Shown here in pieces: positions 38,360 to 50,729 of a DNA stretch of 64,000 nucleotides (its first letter is position 1; every line of letters begins with the position of its first letter). The translations under genes were made by a program, and so were the position numbers. This DNA comes from Catajapyx aquilonaris (taxonomy: Eukaryota). Location of the stretch: contig JYFJ02001975.1 of assembly GCA_000934665.2 (NCBI GenBank), forward strand, positions 1-64,000, written 5' to 3'. Below the pieces are notes generated by a model, which worked only from the letters and a program-made list of their open reading frames with translations, was not told where the DNA came from and ran no database searches.

Positions 38360-41100
38360 TAGCCGTGAAAAATCGCAGGTCTGTTAGAAATTGCTGGGTG
38401 CGTGAAATATCGCTAGAGAAAAATCGCTGACAGGACATCGCTAGTCTCATATCAGATTATAAAATCGCATTACTGTTGAGCGTGACAAAGTCACACATCT
38501 TACTATGGGCGCAAAATCGCTCTAGCAGAGAAAACTATCGCATGAAATCGCTATTTGGAGCTTCATAAATTTCAAAAATGGTACACGTAATTGTAAACGC
38601 TGCTTGAAGACAGCAATAAGTTCATTTAAGAAATTGCACCAATTTTTTTCGGTCACCAAATCGCTCGTATATTACTTCATAAGAATCTGTGCACGTCGTA
38701 CTCTCCACAATAATGTTGCAGACAATATTCAATCAGTTTATCCCATGCTCACCGCCAGGTTGAGCGCCACCTTAACTTCCCTCAAAGTTTGCCGCAACAG
38801 TCACTAGTATATGGCAGAGAAAAATCGCCGATACGAAATCGCTAGTCAGTTGTATAAAATCACAATATTAAACCGTCTCAAGCAATCGCTCATGTCCTTT
38901 TGGTGACGAAATTTCTATATCCGAAAAATCGCTGCCATGAAATCGCTATGCTAGAGACACATATCTCAATATGGGCACGAAGTCGCTATAAAAATCGTTC
39001 ATGTGAAATCGCTATATGCGAAAATGGCGCCCATAATCACAAACGCTCCTGAATACTGATATAAGTAGTTTTAAAAAATCGTAGCGATTTTTCTCGGCCA
39101 CAAAATCACTAATATCTCACTTCAGAAGACTCTGTGCACTAAATCGCGACAATATGAACGAACCTTTATCAATAATGTTGCGGACAATCTTCAAGCGGTT
39201 TGTTCCATAGTCACCACCACGCTGGGCGCCACATTCACCCCCACGTTGGGCGCCACATTCACCCCCACTTTGGGCGCCACATTCACCCCCACGTTGGGCG
39301 CCACATTCACCCTCACGTTGGGCGCCAATATGACATCCCTCAAAATTTGTCCGCAACAATCGCTATTAAGCGGTGCTGAACAAATGTGAACAAACCCCAT
39401 GGCATGCGTCACCCAAAATACCGGAAGCGGAAGTGGGTACAGAGGAGAATGAGAAGAGTAGAAAAGAAGAGATACAGGACTGACCAGTCCTTACCTCGCC
39501 ATATGACCTTCGTCTTCTCGCCTGAAAAGGGACACGGTCACTTTTCAAAAGCAAATTGAACACACCCCCGGTGATGTCACAAAGGTGGGAATATTTCTAG
39601 CTACTGTGTAACAATAGGGTGTAACAATAGAACATAACTGTGCGCAGAGAGTGACCCTAAACTATTCACAGACGCACGCTACGCTCGCTTGAAACATGTG
39701 TGTGAATCCATTGTTGGATTGACAACAATGCTTCGGACATTGACGTCGACAATAATTACACGGGGAGTTTGTATTAACACAAACATTTGCAGGTGTAGGG
39801 CGGGCTTTAATCAGCGTTCGAATTGATTGATACCTCGTTGAAAGGGCTTGATTGCGATAATGATTCGTCTCATCCGGCGTGGAATTAAGCCGCTATCATA
39901 AATCGCTTTTGAAGAAAATCGCTCGCGATTTTGCTACTCGCTGGCTACTAAAACAAATCCTGGAATTTGGTTGTCATATTCGCTTAAATGAAGAAAGCGA
40001 GTTTTCGCTTATGAGCTAGCGAATGTGCGTTTCTCGCTACAAGTTAGCGTGCACGCTTTTGAATATGCGACCCCGCTCAGTGGTTATTGTTAACGGATGG
40101 CCAAAACTTCTGAAGAGTGACCAAGTGTTTTGAAAAAAAATAAAGAAAAATCGTTTGGTGTCAAAAAACGCTAATAAGTAGCGAGTTGTGATCAAAACCG
40201 CTACGTATCGGCGATTTTTGACACCAAAGCGATTTTCCATTTTTCCAAAACGCTTGCTCACTTTTTGGTCAAAAATCGCGGAGTAATTTTTCAACATTTC
40301 AAGCGACAACTACTTTCGTTGTTACGAATGTACAGTGCGTGAGAATCAGCGGAAAATGAAATTACACGCTTTTTTGTATACAACCTCGCACTTTTAAGAT
40401 TTTTCAGACAAATGCGTCGCCGGTTCGTTAGCGAAAAAGCAAGTGCGTGACAAACGCGCTTGAAAATTTAGGTGGAATATTTTAACCCCGTTTGACGAAA
40501 ATCGCGGAAATTAGGCGTAAAAATTGATTATACAAGCGTGGAAAAACAATTGGCTGAAAATTTTTGCTTCGTTAGCGAAAAACGCAGCGAATCATAAAAA
40601 TCGCTGTTCACACATCCGCTTCTTTATACGCCAGCGTGCGATTTTGTGAATGCGAAAAAAGCGGATATGTTGAGCGATTCTTTTTTCAAAATATCGTGAC
40701 GTAATTTCAACTTGCTTTAACGTGAGAAAAAAATCTCCGAAAATTTTGCTATTGCAATTCCTGTTTTGTGACAATACCGTAGATTTTTTCAAAAAATCGC
40801 TCCAAAATTTCAATTCGCTTAAGAAAAGCGCGAGATAAAAAATCGCAGAAATTTTTGCTATTGCAATTCCTGTTTTGTAACAATGCCGTAAATGCCAAGA
40901 TTGGTTTGCACGAACGTGTTTTCTCGCTATCGCTTGTTCGTGCCGGTAATCTCATATTCCGTTGGATTCGCCAACCCGACAGAAATCGTTTGATCGTTAC
41001 TTTGCGTCCTTCATTAATACAACAGTCGTCAATATGTAGCACGGACTACCTCAAAGAAAAAAAAAGCGTGAAAAAAACGCAAACGTGAAAAAATCGCGCC
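38360..41100. repeat. AAAATCGC-rich degenerate repeat region, including a 24-bp tandem at ~39217-39328
   Basis: AAATCGC/GCGATTT motif on both strands; CACGTTGGGCGCCACATTCACCCC about 4.5 copies; AATTTTTGCTATTGCAATTCCTGTTTTGT duplicated (~40741, ~40850). Confidence 0.75.
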
Positions 41101-41115
41101 TATTCCGTTATTTAA

Positions 41116-41762
41116 GGTCCGTTCACACTGTTATTTTTAGCGTTAAAAAGGTCGTCTGAATAAATCAGAAAAAGTGAATGATCGTGCGATTTTTTTCGCA
41201 AAGCTTTAGAAGCTCTTATTCATACAGCCACTTCTTTTATCTTAAGGAGGTTTAAAAGCTCCGTTTTATTGCATCATTTATTAGATAAAGCTTCTGAAGC
41301 TTACACAAAATAGCCGTTGCAAAAAACCGCCGTTTTGAAAATTAGGCGCTTTTTTCTGATTTTGATCACTGTAGCAAGCTTTTTTAACCATAAGCTTCTA
41401 AAGCTTGCTAGGGTTAGCGAAAATCCAAAAAAGCTTATCTAATTTTCAAAACTGTAGCTTTTTTCTAACAGCTATTTTGTGTCAGCTTCAGAAGCTTTAT
41501 CTAATAAATAATGAAGCTTTAGAATAGCTCTTAACGGTTAAAAAAAGCTTTGTTTTATAGCAATATTTATTAGATAAAGCTTCTGAAGCCTACACAAAAT
41601 AGCCGTTAGAAAAAAAGCCGCCGTTTTGGAAATTTGATACGCTTTTTTTCGGATTTTAGCTAACCGTAGCAAGCTTTAGAAGTTCTTAACGGTTTTTAAC
41701 AAGCTTATTTCGAAGCTAATGCGCTTCTGAAGCTAAAAGAAGCTGCAGTGTGAACTTCGGCC
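41116..41762. mobile_element. Probable PIF/Harbinger-like MITE with AAGCTT-rich internal direct and inverted repeats
   Basis: TAA-GGTCCGTTCACACTG ... CAGTGTGAACTTCGGCC degenerate TIRs; ATTTATTAGATAAAGCTTCTGAAGC at ~41276 (+), ~41484-41508 (-) and ~41565 (+). Confidence 0.6.
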
Positions 41763-42529
41763 AAAAGAAGCGAAAGTTTTGAAAAATCGCGATATATTAA
41801 CTTTATTTAAATTTTATACATTAAATTACGATATTTTAAAAATGTAACCACAAGTTTGACGAACTTTTAACAATATGTGCAACAATGTCCCCTAACAATG
41901 TTCCTACCTGCCCATCCTTGGGTGCAACCGAGGAGGATCCAGCACCAGAGAGCCAGCAGAACACTCACGCACCACTGTCGCATCGTACCACTGACCCAGG
42001 TCACAGGTCACCAAATGACCACCCAAAAAAATAATAAGAGGGGGGTCAATCACCGGTCTCCATCACAAACACTTGATCCCAGTCACACTCTCGACACCCA
42101 ATTTCTTCCCGATTGGTCAGCTCAAGGTCAACTACGAAGTTCACACTAAGAGCTGAGGACAGGCAGAAGTGGTCGCTCTGCCCGCCAAACCCGAACTGGT
42201 GGGGAGAGGGGGGAGGGGAGGGAAGGCGGAACAGAGGGGAGGGGGGGGGCGGATTCGGCGCTGGCGACGCCAACCCGATGCCAGCGTCCCTACTACTCCG
42301 GCTGGGTGGGTGGAAGGGAAAAGGACCGGGTTAGTCATTCACCAGGACCGAGTTTACGACACGGTTTTCTAAACTGAGGCCAGCAGGTGTAGTGTACAGG
42401 ACAATAAGTTTGGGAGGGACCAATCAGGAAGGGAGGTGCAGGGCACAGCGCGAGGCCGGAAGTTTAGCCGGAAGTTGTCTCTGGAACGAATGATGACAAT
42501 ATCATCGTCATTTTGAACCCCAATTATAA

Positions 42530-43420
42530 TAACTACTGAAACCAATCATATAGCTACTAAACAAATAATAAGAGCTACTAAAGCAATTAACAATAGCTAC
42601 TAAAACAATTAACAATAGCTACTAAAACAATTAACAATAGCTACTAAATCAACTAATGAGAGCTACTAAATCAACTAATAAGAGCTACAAAACAAACTAA
42701 TCATAGCTGCTAAGAAAAATAATAATAGCTGCTAAAATTAATAATAGCGGCTAAAATTAATAATAGCTGCTAAAATATATAATAATACTGGTGAAATAAA
42801 TAATAATAGCTGCTAAAATATATAATAATAGCTGCTAAAATATATAATAATACTGGTAAAATATATAATAATAGCTGCTAAAATATACAGGGTGGTCCAA
42901 GTTCAAGTGTCGTCTTATAACGGCGACTAATAGAAGCGCTTAACGATGACGTAGCAGCGACGTGTAAAATTGTCCACTTCGATTGCGCCGAAGTGGGACA
43001 TTTTACGCGTCGCTGCTACGTCATCGCAAAATCACTGCTATTAATCGCCGTTATAAAACGACACTTGAACATGGACCACCCTGTATAATAATAGCCTACT
43101 GGTGAAATAAATAATAACACTACCATCTGCTAAATAGCTCAAACAAGTAATATCTACTAAAACAACTAACAATGACTACTACCGGTAAAACAACTAATGA
43201 GAGCTCAAAACAAACTAATAATAGCTTCTGGAATAAATAATCCTATAGCATCTTAGCAACTAATAAAATTTACTAAAACAACTAACAATGACTTCTACTG
43301 GTAAAACAACTAGTGAGAGTTACAAAACCAACTAATAATAGCTGATAAAATAAATGATAATATTAGCATCTTCAAAACCAACTAATAATAGCTGCTAAAA
43401 TAAATTATAATACTAGCATC
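42530..43420. repeat. AATAATAGCT(A/G)CTAAAA ~21-bp degenerate array
   Basis: Direct reading; the TAGCTA core is related to the arrays at 0.8-4.2 kb. Confidence 0.9.
42888..43083. mobile_element. 196-bp palindromic Tc1/mariner-type MITE with TA TSD
   Basis: TA-CAGGGTGGTCCAAGTTCAAGTGTCGT ... ACGACACTTGAACATGGACCACCCTG-TA; splits the host unit GCTAAAATATATAATAATAG. Confidence 0.92.
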
Positions 43421-43433
43421 TGCATTATTTTCG

Positions 43434-43760
43434 CAGAAGTCGCATATACTCTAGTAAATCATAGCCCTGCAGGACAAAACGTCAGTCCTAAAGACGACAG
43501 TTATTAGAGTCGGTACCTGTACCGGAGACGGGGGGGGGGGGGGGGGNGCGCAGACAGAGGCACAAATGAAAGTGGGAGTTAATTAGAGAGCCGTGAGCAG
43601 GGATTGTCAGATCTTTGTAGTATTACTTCAAGTTTTTGACTTTCAAACAGTACTGTATAGGTTTACGTTGCAGTAATAGGATTCAGTAGAATTATATATT
43701 TAAAATATTCTAGCGTCGCCGGTACAGGTCACGCATCACCGAGAGTGTATCGACTTTCTG
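43434..43760. repeat. Degenerate inverted-repeat element around a poly-G tract
   Basis: ACCTGTACCGGAGACG (43514) pairs with CGTCGCCGGTACAGGT (43714); CAGAAGTCGCATATACTCT pairs with AGAGTGTATCGACTTTCTG. Confidence 0.55.
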
Positions 43761-43854
43761 GTGTAGGAACCCATGCAATATGTATGGGCGAAATTGGAAT
43801 ATGCCACATATCCCTTTTTCTATTAGAATCGACCACTTTCGTCAAAATTTTAAC

Positions 43855-45165
43855 GGGCAGGTTGAAGCTAAACTAAAGTTTTTGGTTTTATTACCTCCGC
43901 TCGTATCATATGACCTTTGACCCAGGTACTTAAACTTTTTGCTGGAAGGTTGGTAGTTTAAGCTCGAAAGGTTGAAAACTAGGTGAAATGACCAGTGATT
44001 ATGTAGCTGACCTTTGACCTCGGGTTAAGATGTCAACTTCAAACTAGCAGTTTGGAAGTCTAAGCGCGGAGATGAAAACCAGTTCAAATAGCAAGTATAT
44101 GACCTTTGACCTCGGGTCAATGGTTCATGTGTATGACCTTTGACTTCGGGTTAAGATGTTAACTTCACACTGGCAGTATGGAAGTTTAAGCGCGAAAGGT
44201 TGATAACCAGTTCAAATTGCCAAGGGAGTAATTACATCACCTTTGACCTCGGGTCAATGGGTCGTGTGTGTGTATGACATTTTACTTCGGAGTAAAGATG
44301 TCGTTACCTTCAAACTGGTAGTTCGAACGAATGAAAACTAATTGAAATAACCTGTGGATCTGACCTTTGACCCCGGGTTATGGAATCATGCGTATGGTTT
44401 TTGACCTAGGGTCAAGATATCGTCGAACTTATAACTGGGAGTTTGGAAGTAAGCGACAGATTGAAAACCATTTGAAATAACCAGTGGTTACGGATTTGAC
44501 ATTTGGCCCCGTGTGAAAGAGGTGTATGTATGACCTTTGATCTCGGGTGAAGATGGCTGTCGTCAGCTTCAGAAGATTGAAAACCAGTTGAAATAACAAT
44601 GGCTCTGAACTTGACCTCGGGTTAAGGAATCAGGTGTATGACCTTTGACCTAGGGTTATGATGTCAACTGCAAACTGGAAAATTGGAAGATCAAGCGCGA
44701 ATGGTTTTATATCCTTGAATTAACCAGGGGTCGTTATTTGCCTTTTGGCCTCAGGTCAAAAGGTCGTTTATGACCTTTGACCGCGGATGAAGGTTACGCC
44801 AATTTCTACCTGGCAGTTCCTTAGGTTGAACCGAAGCAAGTTGGTGTGGTGGTCAAGGAGCCCGACTGCTATTCGGGAGGTCCTGGGTTCGAGTCGTGGA
44901 GCCGGCAACCCTGCGGTTTTCTGTGGTTTGCCACGGTCCCCACAGGATACTTCCGGGGTCGCTTCCGTATAATACGTAGGCCACAGCCTAGCCGCCTCCT
45001 TCCTGCCTCATCCTGGGCTCCATCCAATGGTGGTACTCCACTCCCCTAATCGAGCGCCGATTCTCCCAATGGGGTATAAATAAATAAATAAATATAATGT
45101 GAAAGGTTGAAAATTCAGGTTAAATATGAAGGAGTCATGAATATGACCATTGACCTCGGGTCAAA
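43855..45165. repeat. TGACCTTTGACCTCGGGT(C/T)AA degenerate tandem array
   Basis: Motif at 43911, 44008, 44100, ~44134, 44361, 44531, 44639, 44771 and ~45145. Confidence 0.9.
44830..45094 (+). mobile_element. tRNA-derived SINE
   Basis: A box TGGTGTGGTGG, B box GGGTTCGAGTC (44885-44895), body GGTTTTCTGTGGTTT...TAGGCCACAGCC...CCTTCCT, (TAAA)n tail; interrupts a host array unit. Confidence 0.85.
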
Positions 45166-45689
45166 GTTTCTCCAAAAAATGGCCAATCGATCAATATCAA
45201 CCCATTTGATCTGACACTTTAATTCTTTTGACAATTTGCTTTGATCATCATGCAGATCACTTCACAATTAATTTGATCCTCAAATTGATCCAGATCAACA
45301 TATCCTTGATCATTGTAGGATCAAAAACATTATGCTGCTAGAACCTGCTTAAAACTAGAGTACATATAAAACCCCCCCTCGGTCCGCCTGTTTGCCTACT
45401 TGTACACAAGCACTTAATTACTTCGGGCGTTAGAGTCATTAGTAGCCAATGGCGATCAAATTAACGAACGTCCTCCATTTTTTTTGCTGGTTAGAGAGAG
45501 GAGGAGGTTGATTCTAGGGATCAATAAAGTTAAATGAGGATCAAATATGTCAAGCAGCCATTAGTGACCTCCCCTCCTCCCACTTTGCGGGTTGGCAAAT
45601 TAGGAAAATCTGTCAACAACGAGCACGATAATTAAATCTGTGGGTATGACTTGAATTTTTTATGTCCGAATATACGCGTCGGATTTGTT

Positions 45690-46600
45690 GTTAAACATTT
45701 TCTCATCGAAAATAGAACGACTACGTCCGTCCGTCCGTCCGTGGACAGGCATCAGGGCCTAATCAATATGAGATAGCGACTAAAGGTTTTCGGATCCGGA
45801 TTCATCATGACTGAAATCGGTTTTATGGTGCACTTCCGGTGACCACCCACTTTCGGTTTTCCGGGTACACTCTATCCGCCAAGGTCAAGTAGGAAGGCAG
45901 GTGTCCTTGGGTTACTTGGACACCGAAAATGAGAATGGGTAACCCGTCTGTCACTCTCCTAAAAAGTGTACAGTACCTATGATTACCCAGATTACACCTA
46001 TGATTACTAATATTACCCACTCTGGTAAATAATCTGACGTACACCTCGTTTGGTAAGAATCCTAGTATCATAAGTTTGTAATAATAGAAAATCTCAAGGT
46101 AATATTGATAACCATATAAGGTAATATGGATAATCATATAAGGTAATATGGATAACCATATAAGGTAATATGGATAGTCATATAAGGTAATATGGATAGT
46201 CATATATAAGGTAATATAGGAAATCCCAGTTAATCTAGGTAATCAGGTAAGATAATCAGGGTAATCATGGTTTATACGTTTTAGAAGAACGGATAACCCC
46301 TCAATATTACGTTATGATTACCCAGATTACATCCGTGATTACCCTGATTGCCTGATGATTACCCATATTACCTGATGATTACCTACAGGTATATTGCCTT
46401 ATGATTACCCATATTACGTTATCATTATCTTGACACTTTCTACTATATATCGTACTTTTGATTACCAGGATTACCTGATTACCAGAGTGGGTGTAATAAC
46501 CCCATGCTGACAACATTTTGTTATTGTTGTCAAATTAGAATTTACTTAGCAATAAAAAAGTCTACTCGAATCACGCTCGCGTGATTTGCGAATATTGTCT
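45690..46600 (+). mobile_element. HINE/DINE-1-like element containing nested ATTACC/GGTAAT modules (45935-46503)
   Basis: (GTCC)n + GTGGACAGGCATCAG, core shared with 32650-33001, tail AAAAAGTCTACTCGAATCACGCTCGCGTGATTTG. Confidence 0.7.
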
Positions 46601-47174
46601 TTAAATTTTTTAAAGTTGCTAGAAATATGCGTGAAAGTGACGTGCGTGCGAGTGACAGAAAATCCCGCCCATTTCACGCTCCTTTAACCCAATGAAAAGG
46701 GTACTGGTGAGTACCATTGATCAGCATCGGCCTCACCCCAACGGGGGGACACTGATAAGAACAAACGTTTAAAAAAAAAAAGCGGCCGTCTGAATCACGC
46801 TACAAGGTTGATTACATCCGCCATGTCTTTTGTTGTACCAGCCCGTCACCTATTCAACAATCATGTGCCCTGGAGATTCTATTCAGAATAACTATTCATG
46901 GATAGTGAGTCGCATGGGAAACTATTTTTTTGTTAGATCAGAAAGTTCAGTTGATTATATTCCCAGGACGGTGGCTCCCTCGTCCGGATTATTTTCAGCG
47001 GGGGATTAAAATAATGATAGTGTATCGGCAGGGTGTGACGACACGTGGATTAGACTGGACAATGGAGGACAAAATAGTGGACACTTGTGTCCCGAAATGT
47101 GATAGACATAGTTGTGGATATGAACCAGAACATTGAAATAGTGTAAATAGCAATGTTTTACATAGGTTCAATAG

Positions 47175-47705
47175 GTTATTTCAATTCGATATATCAATAT
47201 ATCGCATTCCATTCGATTTCAGTTTTGATGTATCGATACATACCATACTGTACTATTCAAGATTTCAATTTTGGTGTATTGATATATCGCATTCACTTTG
47301 ATATTTCAGTTCTAGTTCGATTTATCGCATAGAATTCGATATCACTGTCGATATATCGCCATAACGATAGAAGTCGATTTTTACGTTTGAATGTATCGAT
47401 ATATTCCATAAGATTCAATATTTCACTGTCCGTTCAGTGTCAGTTCAGATGTTTCGATTTATCCCATAGGATTCAATACGTCGCTATCGACATATCGCTA
47501 TATCGCACACAACTCGATATTTAAATTTTGATGCGTCGATATATTGCATAAGATTCAATGTTACACTGTCGATGTATCGATATATTGTGTACAATTTGAT
47601 ATTTCAATCTCGATGTTTCGATTTATCACTTACAATTCGATATTTCAGATTCGATATATTGAATGCAATTAGATATTTCAGATTCGATATATCGATATAT
47701 CATAC
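47175..47705. repeat. TCGATAT degenerate array
   Basis: TCGATATATCG / TTCGATATTTCA motifs throughout. Confidence 0.85.
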
Positions 47706-50584
47706 AATGTGACATCTCACGGGATTATACAAACATAATGTAATTTGACACCCACGCCACGGTACGACCGTTATGACCGTTATAACGGTTAGATCGAGTT
47801 AAACAACGCGCCTACCTCTCTAACGGTCGCTTTTTCATCATTTCTTCCCTCTACATTTTCGACTCATCTTGATCCATCCAATCCACTAGCACACCCTGTA
47901 CATCCTACAGCCTATCGTAGTTCATCATCCATGCAAATTGAGAGAGTGGGAGGGAGGAAAAATAGTCGGTTGATAGTGATTTGACAGGTCGGAAGTTGAA
48001 TCGGGCTGACAGTCGCGAGAATTTTGTCTAGGGTTTTCCTATGGAAAGTTGGGTCACGGAATGTGGGGGTTTATAGGATTGGAGGGAGAGAGGGAGTGGG
48101 AGGAAGTGGGGAGTCAGCCCTTGCCACTTCACATTGGCTTGGAAACTGGGGGAAGGATCAGGAGGGGAGAGAACTCGTGGGAAAACCTGCATCAGAGTGG
48201 AAAGTTGCAATTATGGAATTTCCTTGGAGGCGGAGTCAGACAAGAAATGGGGAAATGGGGGGAAGGAGGAGAGGGAACGTTGATCCTAATTCACAAAAGA
48301 AAAGTACATTGTTGAAGATAGTTACGTAATCAAGGATTTTAATGAATTTGTGTTAGTACAAACTGGCCATTAACATCGGAGAAAATCGATCAGATAATGT
48401 TCTCTGGGTATCCCGACAACTGGCTGCCGTGCCGGTCAATTGGCTGCCGTGCCATTTGGATGCTGCCTTTTAGTTGCTGAGTAAATTCGCTCACCAAATG
48501 ACAGGCAACCAAAAGCCGTACATTCGTGTTCTGTGACCCCCCCCCCCCCAGATAATGCGGGCTCTGTGATCCAGCACAAGGATGGTAGTTCATTAAGGCA
48601 CTCAGATATAATATTACACAGTCCACATATGCCAGTCTTGCAAGTGTCTAAGTGTAACTAGGCCTAGAGGCTTTTCGAGTGAGTACCCGAGTGTATTACA
48701 AACTGAAATTGAGATACGCATCATGTGAGTGCATGTAGGCCACAGTACTCATTTGTGATATGACTTCTCTTGAGGCCTAACTAATTCATTTGGCTAGAAA
48801 TTTATGCATTGTACTGTACTTTGTTGGCGCAATGCAAATGCACTTGTTTATTTAGTTTGGAGTGGAAAATGGCGCACTATGTGCATGGTATGTGCCCTAG
48901 ACCTATATACAAAAATTTTAAAATTTTTAAAATATTGAAACAGTTAACTGACAGATAATCTCTTAAAGATGCTGGTTAAATAGGGCATGTACAAATCGGT
49001 TAAGAATAGTACTTAGTGTGAGTGCTCAGTAAACTGGTTAATTCTGAACCGACATGCCAGGCACTTAATGCAAGCTAAGTAGCAGTTATTAAACGCTATA
49101 ACAATACGTGATTTGAGTAGAAGGGATCAAAGTTGTTGGTGGAAAGTTTCTTGGGGCTGCAATAATTCGATGAGATTTCCAGTATTATGTTACGAGACTG
49201 GATGTTTTCACACGGGGTAAAACTTACGACTTGAAATATGTACAGTACCTTGCACTGTATTGCTGAATGTGGAGGATATGAGGATTATTCAAAATGTGAG
49301 AGTCTATAGCGCATAGAAGTAGTAGAAAGATGTGAACACTTTTCAAATTTATATTTCGTTGTTTATGTTTCTGAAACTGTTGGCATCCTTTCCTTCAATT
49401 GGCCAACATGCAACTGTTGCTAAAGTTAGTTGATATTAGATGTGAAAATGCAGCAAATGCAGTGCATGAACAGAAAGTTCTAGCTTGTATGTTGTTCATA
49501 AAATTTGCAGTGCATGAGAGAGTAGAGATCCAGCTAGGACGAGTTAATTCACAGAGTATGTACTGGACATAACTGTATGATAAATTTGATAATAAACACA
49601 ATTTATTATGATGAGTACAGAAACAACAATTACACAGAGGTTGACTAACACAAGCAACAAAACCAACAATGTTACAGTGTGGGGGTGGCACAACACTAAA
49701 TACTATTAAGTTATTATTAATATAAGTTTAATATCAACTCTATTATATATTTATTCATTTTCTATGGATGGTTTATTTTATTCGTTTTTTATGGATGGTT
49801 ATTTAATAAATTTTATCTGAATTGCTATTTTTATTAATTTTCTCTGCGTTGCCTTTATTTATTTGTACAGGTATTATTCGGTCTACTACTCATCGAAGTA
49901 TTAGCTATTTATTATTGCTATTGAATGTGATTCATTACATTCAAAAACGGATTTAAAAAATTAGGAAGCTTAATAAACTGTCATTAATCATGCAACAAAA
50001 TTACTGAAACCTGTCATTAGTGAAATATTATTAAAAACTAAGAGTTCACAACCTGCTAAACCCTTCACATTATCCCCCCTCTCTCTTCCACACCTGCTAT
50101 AAAATTCCATCGGATATTAGCTTAATCGCATTGAAGGCGTGTGTTTCAGCAACACGCCTCCCCCCTGGTGCGCCCCTAGTGGACATTGTGTTGGTTAGAT
50201 GACGAAGCCGTCCCTTAATGGCAATACAATGGATTCTCCCACACACCCTACCCTCTCTACCCCATCTATTCTCCACCAATAAAAAACTACTCGGGTGGGG
50301 GGGGGGGGGGTTGACAGCTGCCAGAGTTCGGCTCCCAAAATCCCCTCTTTCGCCTACCGGATTAACCTTGTTAATAGCCAAATGTGCGCGGGATTTGCCC
50401 GCGGGTTTTTGATCCTACCCCGATTTTTTTTTTCGTGACGAAGACCCCATGTTGGCCCAATAATTGCTCATTTGCATGCAGGTGCGACAGAGGAATTCAC
50501 TCGACCACAATGATGGGCTCCTTAGGGCTGTCAATAGCTGAAATAATGGGTTGGATACAACATGGCGCCCTCCATGTGTCTGGA

Positions 50585-50729
50585 TAGTGTTTCTCAACCT
50601 TTTTACGCTTATGAACACTTGAAATCATATACATATGTTAGGGAACGCCCAAATAGTAATAATTATATCAATTAATGACTAAAATGCATTTACATATCCT
50701 TTTATCACAATTTCTGGTTGAGACACCTG
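50585..50729. mobile_element. hAT (Charlie-like) MITE remnant inside a GGATACAACATGGCG repeat
   Basis: TAGTGTTTCTCAACC ... GGTTGAGACACCTG resembles CAGTGTTTCTCAACC TIRs; 8-bp TSD not evident. Confidence 0.55.

Noticed and set aside
48640..49695. Possible solo LTR or retroelement 3' region on the minus strand
   Set aside because: No second LTR, PBS/PPT, TSD or ORF that I could verify
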